Source: an uncultured virus (IMG/VR IMGVR_UViG_3300007512_002491) (lineage: Duplodnaviria > Heunggongvirae > Uroviricota > Caudoviricetes). From it: a stretch of DNA of 64,000 nucleotides. Shown here in pieces: positions 46,001 to 53,803 of the stretch (position 1 is the first letter of the stretch; every line of letters starts with the position of its first letter). A program made the position numbers and the translations under genes. Where the stretch lies: the IMG/VR virus record IMGVR_UViG_3300007512_002491. One strand, 5' to 3'. The notes under the pieces were generated by a model. It had not been told where the DNA came from. It saw only the letters and a list, made by a program, of their open reading frames with translations, and made no database searches.

Positions 46001-46168
46001 TCGCGTTTCGAAATCTGCAAAAGAACCGACAATCACAGGTACGAAAGCTGGACCCTTTTGTGAGGTTCCAATAATACCCGCAGGAGTACCTACAGGAGCT
46101 TTCTCTCTCTGTGAAAGATCTATCTCTTGTTCAAAAAACCCTGGAGAACGGAAGGTCTGTTCAGCCAT
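43004..46168 (-). CDS. tail sheath protein, copy 1
   Basis: FRSPGF..QEIDLS, WFAPAGFNRG, VNPI, FGQKT, ALDRVNVRRML, FEPN, EFIAIDF. Confidence 0.92.
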   Translation of the reverse strand: MAEQTFRSPGFFEQEIDLSQREKAPVGTPAGIIGTSQKGPAFVPVIVGSFADFETRFGTLDSNRFGPYAVREYLKNKDAITYLRVLGAGSNDTSSEISNTQNYGIVSKAGFVVSGSRVVGSTGAGSGDQRHRGCVQFLCARHYLSASEGSVGYPIFDDNDSFPGLSSVSTRGTINVINLVRGMIIPASGTRVMLANWDESIGGSSYSPPTEDIATRNDNPTAEAYNTFKIIISSSAGTGFANDDAVAGFRIYSASLDPNNDNYISKVLNTDPWKFGEEQHILWADFPVENELAPVSEGAGAIGILSGTNATNGIGLSENWRDSFGRFDTRYTAPRTPSLISQPFGGTEYDLFHFESLSDGSYANSKHKVSIANLRASTDENYPYGTFEVQLRKFDDNDLSKEVIEVYPECTLDPKSDRFIGLQIGDKKVFYDFDSEDPEERRLVVEGKYPNRSPNIRVVVNNAVYNGEVPKASLPFGFRGIPVLKTTDTFTDIPSSTITGWEGGWGSTGTRVCGVLNRDTASGLSGSILPPLPYRFKCTRGQVDSSPAFAGDPGKNERADSRLYWGTMPTRLPLTASVTHATYDANIGSLTNNLVKGYTTFQGIVKLDNLVTGSGADAFNNNKFTLARVALYNTETNLSKITGSANEHMLDAAYIRNGIYSSTDYTLSDGVRSGRLTLATLINSSSIKFNRFQDYAKFTLPFYGGFDGLNVLNKANALMNDRAASTDPKGLAGDDPPGGGLGLGGTAGNGSMSGLGRQNNVVFSYRKAVEIMTDPMIVNTNLLAVPGIRDPFITDLAADRTRDYSMAMYVMDIQQYDEDENRLFDSDTAKRDVRETAEQFEGRRVNNNYAATYFPDVYIDDPVNNKSVLVPSSVVAMGALGYNDTVAYPWFAPAGFNRGSLDNVRNTAVRLTAGDRDELYDARVNPIANFPNGGFVIFGQKTLQINKSALDRVNVRRMLLEVKRLVVQVADRLLFEPNTPATRSRFISQVAPILALVQSQAGIEKFSVVMDDTNNSPQDVEQNKLNGRIVVVPTRSVEFIAIDFIITNSGVLFM

Positions 46169-46230
46169 TTAAATCTCTCCTCAAGCATATTTGCTGTCTT
46201 TCATAAATATTCATTTCAAACCCAAAAATC

Positions 46231-47511
46231 TCATTCTGGTTCAATTACTAGATCTCCCAAGTCATAAGTTAGCAATTCTTTATAAACTGTTTCACCTTTT
46301 CTTTGGTTTCTAGTTCTCACTGTGAGTTGTTTTTTAATTGTTTGCCCGGTAACAGGGTCAATTTCTATTCTTTTTACTGTTAAGGGCACATTACCAGCTT
46401 GTGAACCACCAACGCTGGTATTTTTAAAATATTTTCCTGGAACCACGCCTTTTCCACCAACTAAGCTTGAAATAGACGGATCTTCTATAGAAGAAATATC
46501 TTGCAAAATATAGTCGTTTGGATTTCCACTTGGAATTCCCTCTACCATTATCTTATTCGGTATTGCGTTTACTTGTGTCATATCAAATGAAATCGATGGA
46601 GCCGATATATACCGGCGGTGGGTCGGCATAGACCCGGGATACTCTGGATTGACTATATATCCCGGAACTTCTACCGTGAACGTGTTTCTAACTATTCTTT
46701 CGCTATCCGTAAAATCATCAAAATTATTATCAGTTCCAATAGATGCTCCAAAATAAGCAACAAAATAATAACCTTTTTCAGTCTCTATTCTAAAAGTTCT
46801 TTGCCCATAAGAGTGATAAGAAGTCATAATGGCAGTTAAAAGATTATTCATTTGCTGAGTATATTGTGCCCAAACAGTTATTTCATATTGAGCGACAAAA
46901 TACTTCGGCGGTTGAAGCGTGTAAATTTCGTAAATATTATTTGATAAACTATCAGAAATTAGTTTTCCCTCAGAGAATTTCTGCTTTTTATTAGGAGCTT
47001 TTCTTCGAGTCGCAACGGTGCCAGGAGAAGCGCCGCGGCCTTGGCCGCCTTTGGTTTCGCTAGTCGTTAATTCGTGGTTAGGGGTAGCTCTCTCATCTGA
47101 GTTTTGTAATCTTTCTTTGTTTAAAATTTGTTGATATGTAGAATCTCCAGGAGAAAGCTTTTTCTTAATTGTTATAGGAGATGTTTGATTTGTAGCGTTG
47201 CCCTTTGTTGGAGATTGCTCTATTCCAGTTCTTTGAATAGATATAAGCGGCAAAATTATAGCGCCAGCTTTGTCTCTAAGTGGTTGCTTTCTTCTCAAAA
47301 CCGCAAATCTTTCTCCGGTGGCAAAAATTATCGGAACTTTTTTAGTAGTTTTCTTTTGCTCAAAAATTAAATTTAAATCTTTGTCAAACAAATTAAACAG
47401 AGCCCTATCTACATCTTCTACGGTGCAAGAAGGAAGATTAAAATCAGGATCTATACTCGAGCCCATTGGCATAAAGTTTGGAGAAGTTTCTTTTCTAGTA
47501 GACATTAACAA
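46231..47511 (-). CDS. tail terminator / sheath stabiliser (T4 gp15-like)
   Basis: VPIIFA.GER, ILPLISIQRTGI, Y.ITVWAQY..QMN; between neck and sheath genes. Confidence 0.7.
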   Translation of the reverse strand: MLMSTRKETSPNFMPMGSSIDPDFNLPSCTVEDVDRALFNLFDKDLNLIFEQKKTTKKVPIIFATGERFAVLRRKQPLRDKAGAIILPLISIQRTGIEQSPTKGNATNQTSPITIKKKLSPGDSTYQQILNKERLQNSDERATPNHELTTSETKGGQGRGASPGTVATRRKAPNKKQKFSEGKLISDSLSNNIYEIYTLQPPKYFVAQYEITVWAQYTQQMNNLLTAIMTSYHSYGQRTFRIETEKGYYFVAYFGASIGTDNNFDDFTDSERIVRNTFTVEVPGYIVNPEYPGSMPTHRRYISAPSISFDMTQVNAIPNKIMVEGIPSGNPNDYILQDISSIEDPSISSLVGGKGVVPGKYFKNTSVGGSQAGNVPLTVKRIEIDPVTGQTIKKQLTVRTRNQRKGETVYKELLTYDLGDLVIEPE

Positions 47512-48173
47512 TCATCTCCATAAAACGAAGAAGAAATACCTTCTTCATCTCCCTTTGGAGAAACTTCTACTGGACCATCGGGAGCTTTTTGAAGTTTTCC
47601 CTGTTGTTGAAGGACTCTCACGTCACCAGTTGGTCCATTTTTATTTTCTTTAAACCCTCTCTGCTGAACAAATGTTTTCTCAACTGCATCAGCGTCTGAA
47701 TATGCTTCGTCAGTAGGACCGAGCGGAATTTTATCTATAAGACCCTTTCTAGCTTGCTTACAAGTCATTTTATAGCCAGTAGAATATTCTATTTCGCCGA
47801 AAATAGTACTATCAATAACCGATGTAACTATTTCAAAAAAAGTATCTCCGTAACTTACATAATCACCTTCTTGAACGTCTATTTCTTTATCTAGCACGTC
47901 TCTATATTGTACGTAAACCGTTATAGTGCTATATTCTTCTGAGCCGAATTGATTGGTTCGTATTTCTGCTTGATTCCATTCAATTCTCGCATCTAAATCT
48001 ATTGGCGGATCGAATATTTTTTGGTGTGATTCTTCATAAACGTCATGAACTTCAGATAAATCTTCACGGACTTTATAATAATAAACTTTTTGCCCAATGA
48101 CGTCTTTGACAATCTCCTTATTAATATCGGAAATTAGATCTATTTCTCTGGGGGTAATAAAAAGTCTAGCCAT
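47505..48173 (-). CDS. neck / head-closure protein (T4 gp14-like)
   Basis: IGQKVYYY, DVYEES, EGDYV.YG..FFEI; position in the neck cluster. Confidence 0.7.
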   Translation of the reverse strand: MARLFITPREIDLISDINKEIVKDVIGQKVYYYKVREDLSEVHDVYEESHQKIFDPPIDLDARIEWNQAEIRTNQFGSEEYSTITVYVQYRDVLDKEIDVQEGDYVSYGDTFFEIVTSVIDSTIFGEIEYSTGYKMTCKQARKGLIDKIPLGPTDEAYSDADAVEKTFVQQRGFKENKNGPTGDVRVLQQQGKLQKAPDGPVEVSPKGDEEGISSSFYGDDC

Positions 48174-48182
48174 TTATTTAAT

Positions 48183-49370
48183 TCATCCAATTATAATGCA
48201 TTTACCCATAGGGATGGGTATTGTCTTTAAGACAGTTTGTAAGTTTCCAGCTTTTCCAGCTTCGCCCTCTAGCATCTTATCGTAAGTCAGACTATCTAGC
48301 AGTTCTTTCATTGAGGTTCTTAGTTTCTCTTGGTCTTCCCTGCCCTGAGAGACTAAATTAGACCCATCTAATTGCAAATCTCCACCTGGTATAGGAACTG
48401 AAGAGAATTTACTGCGAACTAAACCAAGCAGCTCTTTAGAAGAAGCTAAACAAAACTCTCTAATCCACTGTCGACCCATACTGTTAATATTTTCAAATTT
48501 TATATTATCGTATGGAATGTTAGAAAAATCGCTTACACCATTTATGGTTCCGTCATTATAAGCTGGGTTAAATGGATCGCTCCCAAACCCAACTCTTATC
48601 CAAAGCTTTCTATTTTTTTCAGCCACACTATTTCCATCATTAAAAGTTGGAGATGGAAAAATTCTTATTTTCGTTCCCTGAGTCCTGAAAGAGTAGTTAG
48701 ATCTTCTTACTCGATTAGATAAGCTCATTTGACCTCCGCGGAGGACGTCTTCGAAAACTGGAAGAACATAAAACACTGTCTCTGGAGTAAATGACTCAAA
48801 AGAAAATTCGTTATTGAGATAATTTATTGCTGAAGTTGTATCAAAGAATCTATAGGCTGCTTGGGGACTGAAGTGGAAAACTTCTAGTATTTTCATTTTT
48901 CCAGAACCATTATTGTTCAAACTAGAAGAAAAAATTAAATTTCCTGAATCGTCTTTTAGTTCGCTGTAAATATCATAATCTTGACGTCCAGATTCCAATT
49001 TAATAGATCCAGACAGCGTATTATAAGACCCTCCAATCCCTGCATCTTGAGCATAAGGCTCAGCTAATCTAAGGATGAAATCAAGAGTTTCATGAGCATA
49101 TTTACCCTGAATATTAGAACCTGTAGAAGCCCCTAAAACGTTACTAAGCTGCGATTTAGTTTGAAATTCGTTTACTAAAGAGCCATACTCTAATGTTGAT
49201 TCTTCCAAACACGCCCATATTTGTTTTTTAGTTAACTCTACACTTAAAATATCGTCGCCTAGCTTTCTTTTAACATACGTGATCATAGAATCAGCTTCTT
49301 TTTGAAAATCTAAATCGTCGTCAAAAAAGCCAAAAGGCGTTGGATTTAATGTTTGAAAAAATTTTGACAT
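48183..49370 (-). CDS. neck protein (T4 gp13-like)
   Basis: KLG...VELT..QI, WIREF.LA..KE.LG.VRSKF..VPIPGG...LDG; start moved to MSKFF at 49370. Confidence 0.8.
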   Translation of the reverse strand: MSKFFQTLNPTPFGFFDDDLDFQKEADSMITYVKRKLGDDILSVELTKKQIWACLEESTLEYGSLVNEFQTKSQLSNVLGASTGSNIQGKYAHETLDFILRLAEPYAQDAGIGGSYNTLSGSIKLESGRQDYDIYSELKDDSGNLIFSSSLNNNGSGKMKILEVFHFSPQAAYRFFDTTSAINYLNNEFSFESFTPETVFYVLPVFEDVLRGGQMSLSNRVRRSNYSFRTQGTKIRIFPSPTFNDGNSVAEKNRKLWIRVGFGSDPFNPAYNDGTINGVSDFSNIPYDNIKFENINSMGRQWIREFCLASSKELLGLVRSKFSSVPIPGGDLQLDGSNLVSQGREDQEKLRTSMKELLDSLTYDKMLEGEAGKAGNLQTVLKTIPIPMGKCIIIG

Positions 49371-49424
49371 AAAAAAACTCGGCAACTATGACTAACTATT
49401 AAGTTAAAGTTCATAATTACCGAG
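49371..49424 (-). terminator. terminator-like hairpin abutting the neck-gene start, with a late-promoter motif in its loop
   Basis: On the - strand, ctcggtaattatga pairs with tcatagttgccgag (two G-U pairs), then T7 and ATG. ATAGTTA at 49399-49393 lies in the loop. Confidence 0.7.
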
Positions 49425-49508
49425 CTAGATTGTTGCCCTAACAAATTTCTACGTGTAATTAATCACATAAATACTCATTCATTAAGACTATATTTTTTTC
49501 AAAAAAAC

Positions 49509-49787
49509 TTATTTAAACCAAATACCACTGCTTTTCAAGAGCTCTCTTCCAAACTTTTTTTCTAAGAATAGCTTAAGTGAACTCCATCTCTCTTCAGAAA
49601 GTCCGCCGCCTGAATTAGCTACTGGTTTAGCCTTTTCCAACTTAGCACACTTAGCTTCAAGGGTATCAACGCGAAGTTGAAGTCGAGCCAACGCATTTTT
49701 TACTGCATCAAGATCAGTGTTGGTTTCTTTTTTTGCAGTTGTTTTTCTAGTTGTGCGAGGTTTCGTAGTTTTAGTAGTTTCAGGCAT
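49509..49787 (-). CDS. small basic coiled-coil hypothetical protein
   Basis: K/T/R-rich N-terminus; GGAG SD; preceded by TTAAAC-16 nt-TATAAT. Confidence 0.6.
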   Translation of the reverse strand: MPETTKTTKPRTTRKTTAKKETNTDLDAVKNALARLQLRVDTLEAKCAKLEKAKPVANSGGGLSEERWSSLKLFLEKKFGRELLKSSGIWFK

Positions 49788-49842
49788 GATAAGAATCTCC
49801 AAATTCAGATTAGATTATATTTTTTTCTCAGAAACGTTTAAT

Positions 49843-49877
49843 AAAAACAAAAGGGGCGGCACATTAAGTGCCGCCCC
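49843..49877 (-). terminator. intrinsic terminator after the capsid gene pair
   Basis: Perfect 10-bp stem ggggcggcac/gtgccgcccc followed by TTTTGTTTTT on the - strand. Confidence 0.9.
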
Positions 49878-49897
49878 AACTATTATCTAAACAGTTA

Positions 49898-51787
49898 TCA
49901 GATTACGTTAAGATCTGCAACCGTAACAGTACCATAAAAATCGCTTCTAACCATCTTCTTGCCATAGCGAGTCATAACGCCCTTACGCGGCGTGAAGTCC
50001 TCTGGAGCGAAGATTGTTGGAGTAACGATTAGAGGCACATAAGGTGCGTATACATAACCGGTCTCAAGATAGCTTCCGCCCTTGAATCCTACGAGAACCT
50101 TATTTCTTGGGAAGTAAGGATCTTTGTATACCGTGAAACGGTTACTAAGGGTTCCAACCTGTTCGGCTCCAATACTCATTGGAGTTCCGACTTGGCCGTC
50201 TCCGTCCAAGCTATAAGTAGGTCTATACAGAACTGAAGCTTCGAGGATAGTTGCAATATCTGGAGAAACTACGATGAAGTTAGCTGATCCGCGTAATGTA
50301 AGCCTATGAATCTCATTAGCAACATCAATAATGGTCTCAACTAGAGTCTCATACCATTCACGAACTGTACCGGTGAAGCTTGGACCAATGTTCCCTGCTC
50401 CGCCTGGAGTAACTAGAGCGCCACTCCGCTTGTTCATGAACTTACCTGGTGAGCGCGACCAGTAGAAGTTCGTCTTAGCCTGAGTGAGTAGATCATTAAG
50501 AATTTCACGATCCAACTCAAGAGCAATTTGTTCAGAAAGGATCTGAGTAAGCTCAACTTCTGCGTCTAAAGAGTGATACGCGTTAAGATCTTGAGCAAGC
50601 TCTGGTGACCAGCGAGCGCGGAGCTTTCTAGTAACTGCAGTAACCGCAATAGATTCAACTTTAATATCAATCTCTGGAATCTCTGGTGAAGGTGTAGTAC
50701 CGAAGTTAGACTCAAAGGTTGGAATCGTTAGCGCGTCTCCATCACTGCCGACATTTAAGCTTGGTGATAAAATATAATCAATATCCATTCCCTCAGAGAA
50801 AGAATCTGTACCTGAGATAATCATCAATATTGCAGCGTTTGAATCACCCGCCTTAGTTAACGGATCGTGAGTGAATGAAGTTCCATCCCATTTACCAATC
50901 TGGTTAAGTCGTCTAACGTTAATAACCTTGTTTCCTGAAATTTGAACGTCTTGATCTTTAAGAGTCTGCGAGGGACCTGCAAAGTTAATAGCGGATGCCG
51001 ATGGTATAAGAGCGAAATCCTTAACCATTGAAAGATCACCATTACTAAACTGAGTAGAGTTCAGGTCTACAAAAACAGCAGTGAAAACGCCTAAGCCTTC
51101 GCTGTTTGGATGATCTTCGATCAGCCTACAAATCTGTTCGTCAAACTGGAGAAGCTTACCATCAGAACCGGTAGCGGTCATGCGTTTATAGCTAGTGCCA
51201 CCGCCCGAGAACGTAGTAGTTCCCTGGTATGCTCCAGAAGCAAGTAGAGTAATAGTGTTAGCTAACTGGTGGACTCTTGAATAACCAGAGCCAGCAAGAT
51301 TGTACTGGCCACCGATTCCAAGAGAACCAGAACGTACGCCTTTACCCGTAGGAGCATTATAAATAGAGCTTCCTGAAGGGTACGTAGCAGAATCACCATC
51401 AGACTGGCCACCTACAGAGGTTCCATATGTGTAGTCTAGATAAAAAAGCAATCCAGACGGAAGGCTCATTGGCTGAACTGACACTAATTCATTAGCAACT
51501 AGTCCGCCGAAAACTCTGCGAACAATTGGAAATGCGATATTCTGAAAACCACGAAGATCTCCAGACGAAGTTAAGTTTCCACCACCGGTGGAAATTGAGT
51601 TGGCTTCACGAAGTACTTGCGATGCTTGGTTTTCAAGTAAGGTCGCCATATTTTCGCGAGTGGTACCTTCCAATCCCCTAAGGAGACCAGTGCGGGACCA
51701 CTTTTCAATTAACCTTCTGTTACCCGTTCCAACGTTGCGTTGGCGAATACCTTCAGTTAACTGATTCAGTGTAAATTTTTTTGACAT
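49898..51787 (-). CDS. major capsid protein paralog 2 (T4 gp23-like)
   Basis: VSVQPMSLPSGLLFY, TRKLRARWSPELAQDLNAYH, YAPYVPL, FTPRKGVMTRY. Confidence 0.95.
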   Translation of the reverse strand: MSKKFTLNQLTEGIRQRNVGTGNRRLIEKWSRTGLLRGLEGTTRENMATLLENQASQVLREANSISTGGGNLTSSGDLRGFQNIAFPIVRRVFGGLVANELVSVQPMSLPSGLLFYLDYTYGTSVGGQSDGDSATYPSGSSIYNAPTGKGVRSGSLGIGGQYNLAGSGYSRVHQLANTITLLASGAYQGTTTFSGGGTSYKRMTATGSDGKLLQFDEQICRLIEDHPNSEGLGVFTAVFVDLNSTQFSNGDLSMVKDFALIPSASAINFAGPSQTLKDQDVQISGNKVINVRRLNQIGKWDGTSFTHDPLTKAGDSNAAILMIISGTDSFSEGMDIDYILSPSLNVGSDGDALTIPTFESNFGTTPSPEIPEIDIKVESIAVTAVTRKLRARWSPELAQDLNAYHSLDAEVELTQILSEQIALELDREILNDLLTQAKTNFYWSRSPGKFMNKRSGALVTPGGAGNIGPSFTGTVREWYETLVETIIDVANEIHRLTLRGSANFIVVSPDIATILEASVLYRPTYSLDGDGQVGTPMSIGAEQVGTLSNRFTVYKDPYFPRNKVLVGFKGGSYLETGYVYAPYVPLIVTPTIFAPEDFTPRKGVMTRYGKKMVRSDFYGTVTVADLNVI

Positions 51788-51826
51788 TTTGTTTTATTCC
51801 TTTTAAATGGATGCTTTTTAATCTGA

Positions 51827-51860
51827 GACGGCGCCCCGACGCTATGCGCAGGACGCCGCC
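51827..51860 (-). promoter_or_regulatory. GC-rich intercistronic stem-loop without a U-tract
   Basis: On the - strand, ggcggcgtcctg pairs with cggggcgccgtc (three G-U pairs) around an inner cgc/gcg stem. Confidence 0.7.
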
Positions 51861-51880
51861 ATTCGATTAATCAAACATTA

Positions 51881-53779
51881 TTAGATTACGTTAAGATCTG
51901 CAACTGTAACAGTACCATAGAAGTCAGAACGAACCATCTTCTTACCATAGCGAGTCATAACACCCTTACGTGGGGTGAAGTCCTCTGGAGCGAAGATTGT
52001 TGGAGTGACAATAAGTGGTACGTATGGAGCGTATACATAACCGGTCTCAAGATAGCTTCCGCCCTTGAATCCTACGAGAACTTTGTTGCGTGGGAAGTAA
52101 GGATCTTTGTATACCGTGAAACGGTTACTAAGGGTTCCCATCTTCTCTGCACCAATGCTCATTGGAGTACCAACCTGGCCATCACCATCTAAGCTGTAGC
52201 TTGGACGGTAAAGAACAGACGCTTCAAGAATAGTCGCGATGTCGGGTGACACTACGATGAAGTTAGCTGATCCTCTTAGAGTAAGTCTGTGGATCTCATT
52301 AGCAACATCAATAATGGTCTCGACCAGAGTCTCATACCATTCGCGGACGGTGCCTGTGAAGCTTGGACCAATAGAACCAGCTCCACCAGGAGTGACAAGG
52401 TTACCATTTCTCTTGTTCATGAACTTGCCTGGTGAACGTGACCAGTAGAAGTTCGTCTTAGCCTGAGTGAGTAGATCATTAAGGATCTCTCTATCAAGCT
52501 CAAGAGCAATCTGCTCGGAAAGGATCTGAGTAAGCTCAACTTCAGCGTCAAGACTGTGATAAGCATTCAAGTCCTGTGCGAGTTCTGGTGACCAGCGAGC
52601 GCGGAGCTTACGGGTTACTGCAGTAACTGCGATTGACTCTACCTTAATGTCGATCTCTGGGATCTCTGGTGAAGGCGAAGTAGCGAAGTTAGACTCAAAG
52701 GTTGGAATAGTAAGAGCATCACCATCTGACCCTGCATCAAGACTTGGGCTGAGAACATAGTCAACGCTATAAGTCTGCTCGGCCGTGCTGCCCTTAGTAC
52801 CAGAAACGATCATTAGAATAGCTGCGTTAGCATCACCAGCTCTAACTAGCGGATCTGCGGTGAACGAAGTTCCATCCCACTTACCAAGCTGATTAAGCCT
52901 ACGAACATTAAGCACTCTATCGCCACTTGCTTGAATATCCTGAGATTTCAAGGTTGGTGAAAGAATAGTCGGCGCAGTGCCATCAGGTGGTATAAGAGCA
53001 AAGTCTTTTACCATAGTGGCGTCTGCATTACTAAACTTGCCTGAACTAAAGTCAACAAAGTAAGCCTTGAATACGCCGAGGCCTGCATCGTTGGGGTTAT
53101 CTTCAATAATTCTACAAATCTGCTCATCGAACTGTAGAAGCTTGCCATCAGAACCAGTAGCGACCATACGTCTTACTTCATCGATAGCGTCAGCTGAGAA
53201 TGTTGTATTCCCCATATAGGCGCCAGATGCAAGGAGCGTTACGCTCGAAGCAATCTTATGTACTCTTGAATAACCAGAGCCAGCAAGATTATACTGACCG
53301 CCGATTCCAAGAGAACCAGAACGTATGCCTTTACCGACTGGAGAATTGTAAATTGAACTTCCAGATGGGTAAGATGCATCGATACCTGAGTCGTCGCGAC
53401 CACCAACGTTGGTTCCGTAGGTGTAATCAAGATAGAAAAGGAGGCCAGATGGAAGGCTCATGGGCTGTACAGATACAAGCTCATTAGCAACCAGGCCGCC
53501 GAAAACTCTACGAACGATTGGGAATGCAATGTTTTGAAAACCGCGGAGGTCTCCAGAACTAGTTAAGTTTCCACCACCGGTGGAAATTGAGTTAGCCTCG
53601 CGTAAGACCTGTGATGCCTGATTTTCAAGCAGCGTAGCCATATTTTCGCGAGTGGTGCCCTCAAGGCCTCTAAGGAGACCAGTGCGGGACCACTTTTCAA
53701 TTAACCTTCTGTTACCCGTTCCAACATTACGTTGACGAATACCCTCGGTTAACTGATTCAGTGTAAATTTCTTAGACAT
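51881..53779 (-). CDS. major capsid protein paralog 1 (T4 gp23-like)
   Basis: Same gp23 motifs as paralog 2; directly downstream of the scaffold gene; AAGGAG SD. Confidence 0.95.
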   Translation of the reverse strand: MSKKFTLNQLTEGIRQRNVGTGNRRLIEKWSRTGLLRGLEGTTRENMATLLENQASQVLREANSISTGGGNLTSSGDLRGFQNIAFPIVRRVFGGLVANELVSVQPMSLPSGLLFYLDYTYGTNVGGRDDSGIDASYPSGSSIYNSPVGKGIRSGSLGIGGQYNLAGSGYSRVHKIASSVTLLASGAYMGNTTFSADAIDEVRRMVATGSDGKLLQFDEQICRIIEDNPNDAGLGVFKAYFVDFSSGKFSNADATMVKDFALIPPDGTAPTILSPTLKSQDIQASGDRVLNVRRLNQLGKWDGTSFTADPLVRAGDANAAILMIVSGTKGSTAEQTYSVDYVLSPSLDAGSDGDALTIPTFESNFATSPSPEIPEIDIKVESIAVTAVTRKLRARWSPELAQDLNAYHSLDAEVELTQILSEQIALELDREILNDLLTQAKTNFYWSRSPGKFMNKRNGNLVTPGGAGSIGPSFTGTVREWYETLVETIIDVANEIHRLTLRGSANFIVVSPDIATILEASVLYRPSYSLDGDGQVGTPMSIGAEKMGTLSNRFTVYKDPYFPRNKVLVGFKGGSYLETGYVYAPYVPLIVTPTIFAPEDFTPRKGVMTRYGKKMVRSDFYGTVTVADLNVI

Positions 53780-53803
53780 TTGAATTTCTCCTTTATGTTT
53801 ATT

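Noticed and set aside
39813..46168. Region as a bacterial eCIS/tailocin locus because of multiple sheaths
   Set aside because: Terminase, portal, protease, capsid and replication genes show it is a complete phage.
49898..53779. Capsid duplicates as a DGR template/variable repeat pair
   Set aside because: Differences are mostly silent and involve all bases rather than adenines; both copies are full genes; no reverse transcriptase is in the window.
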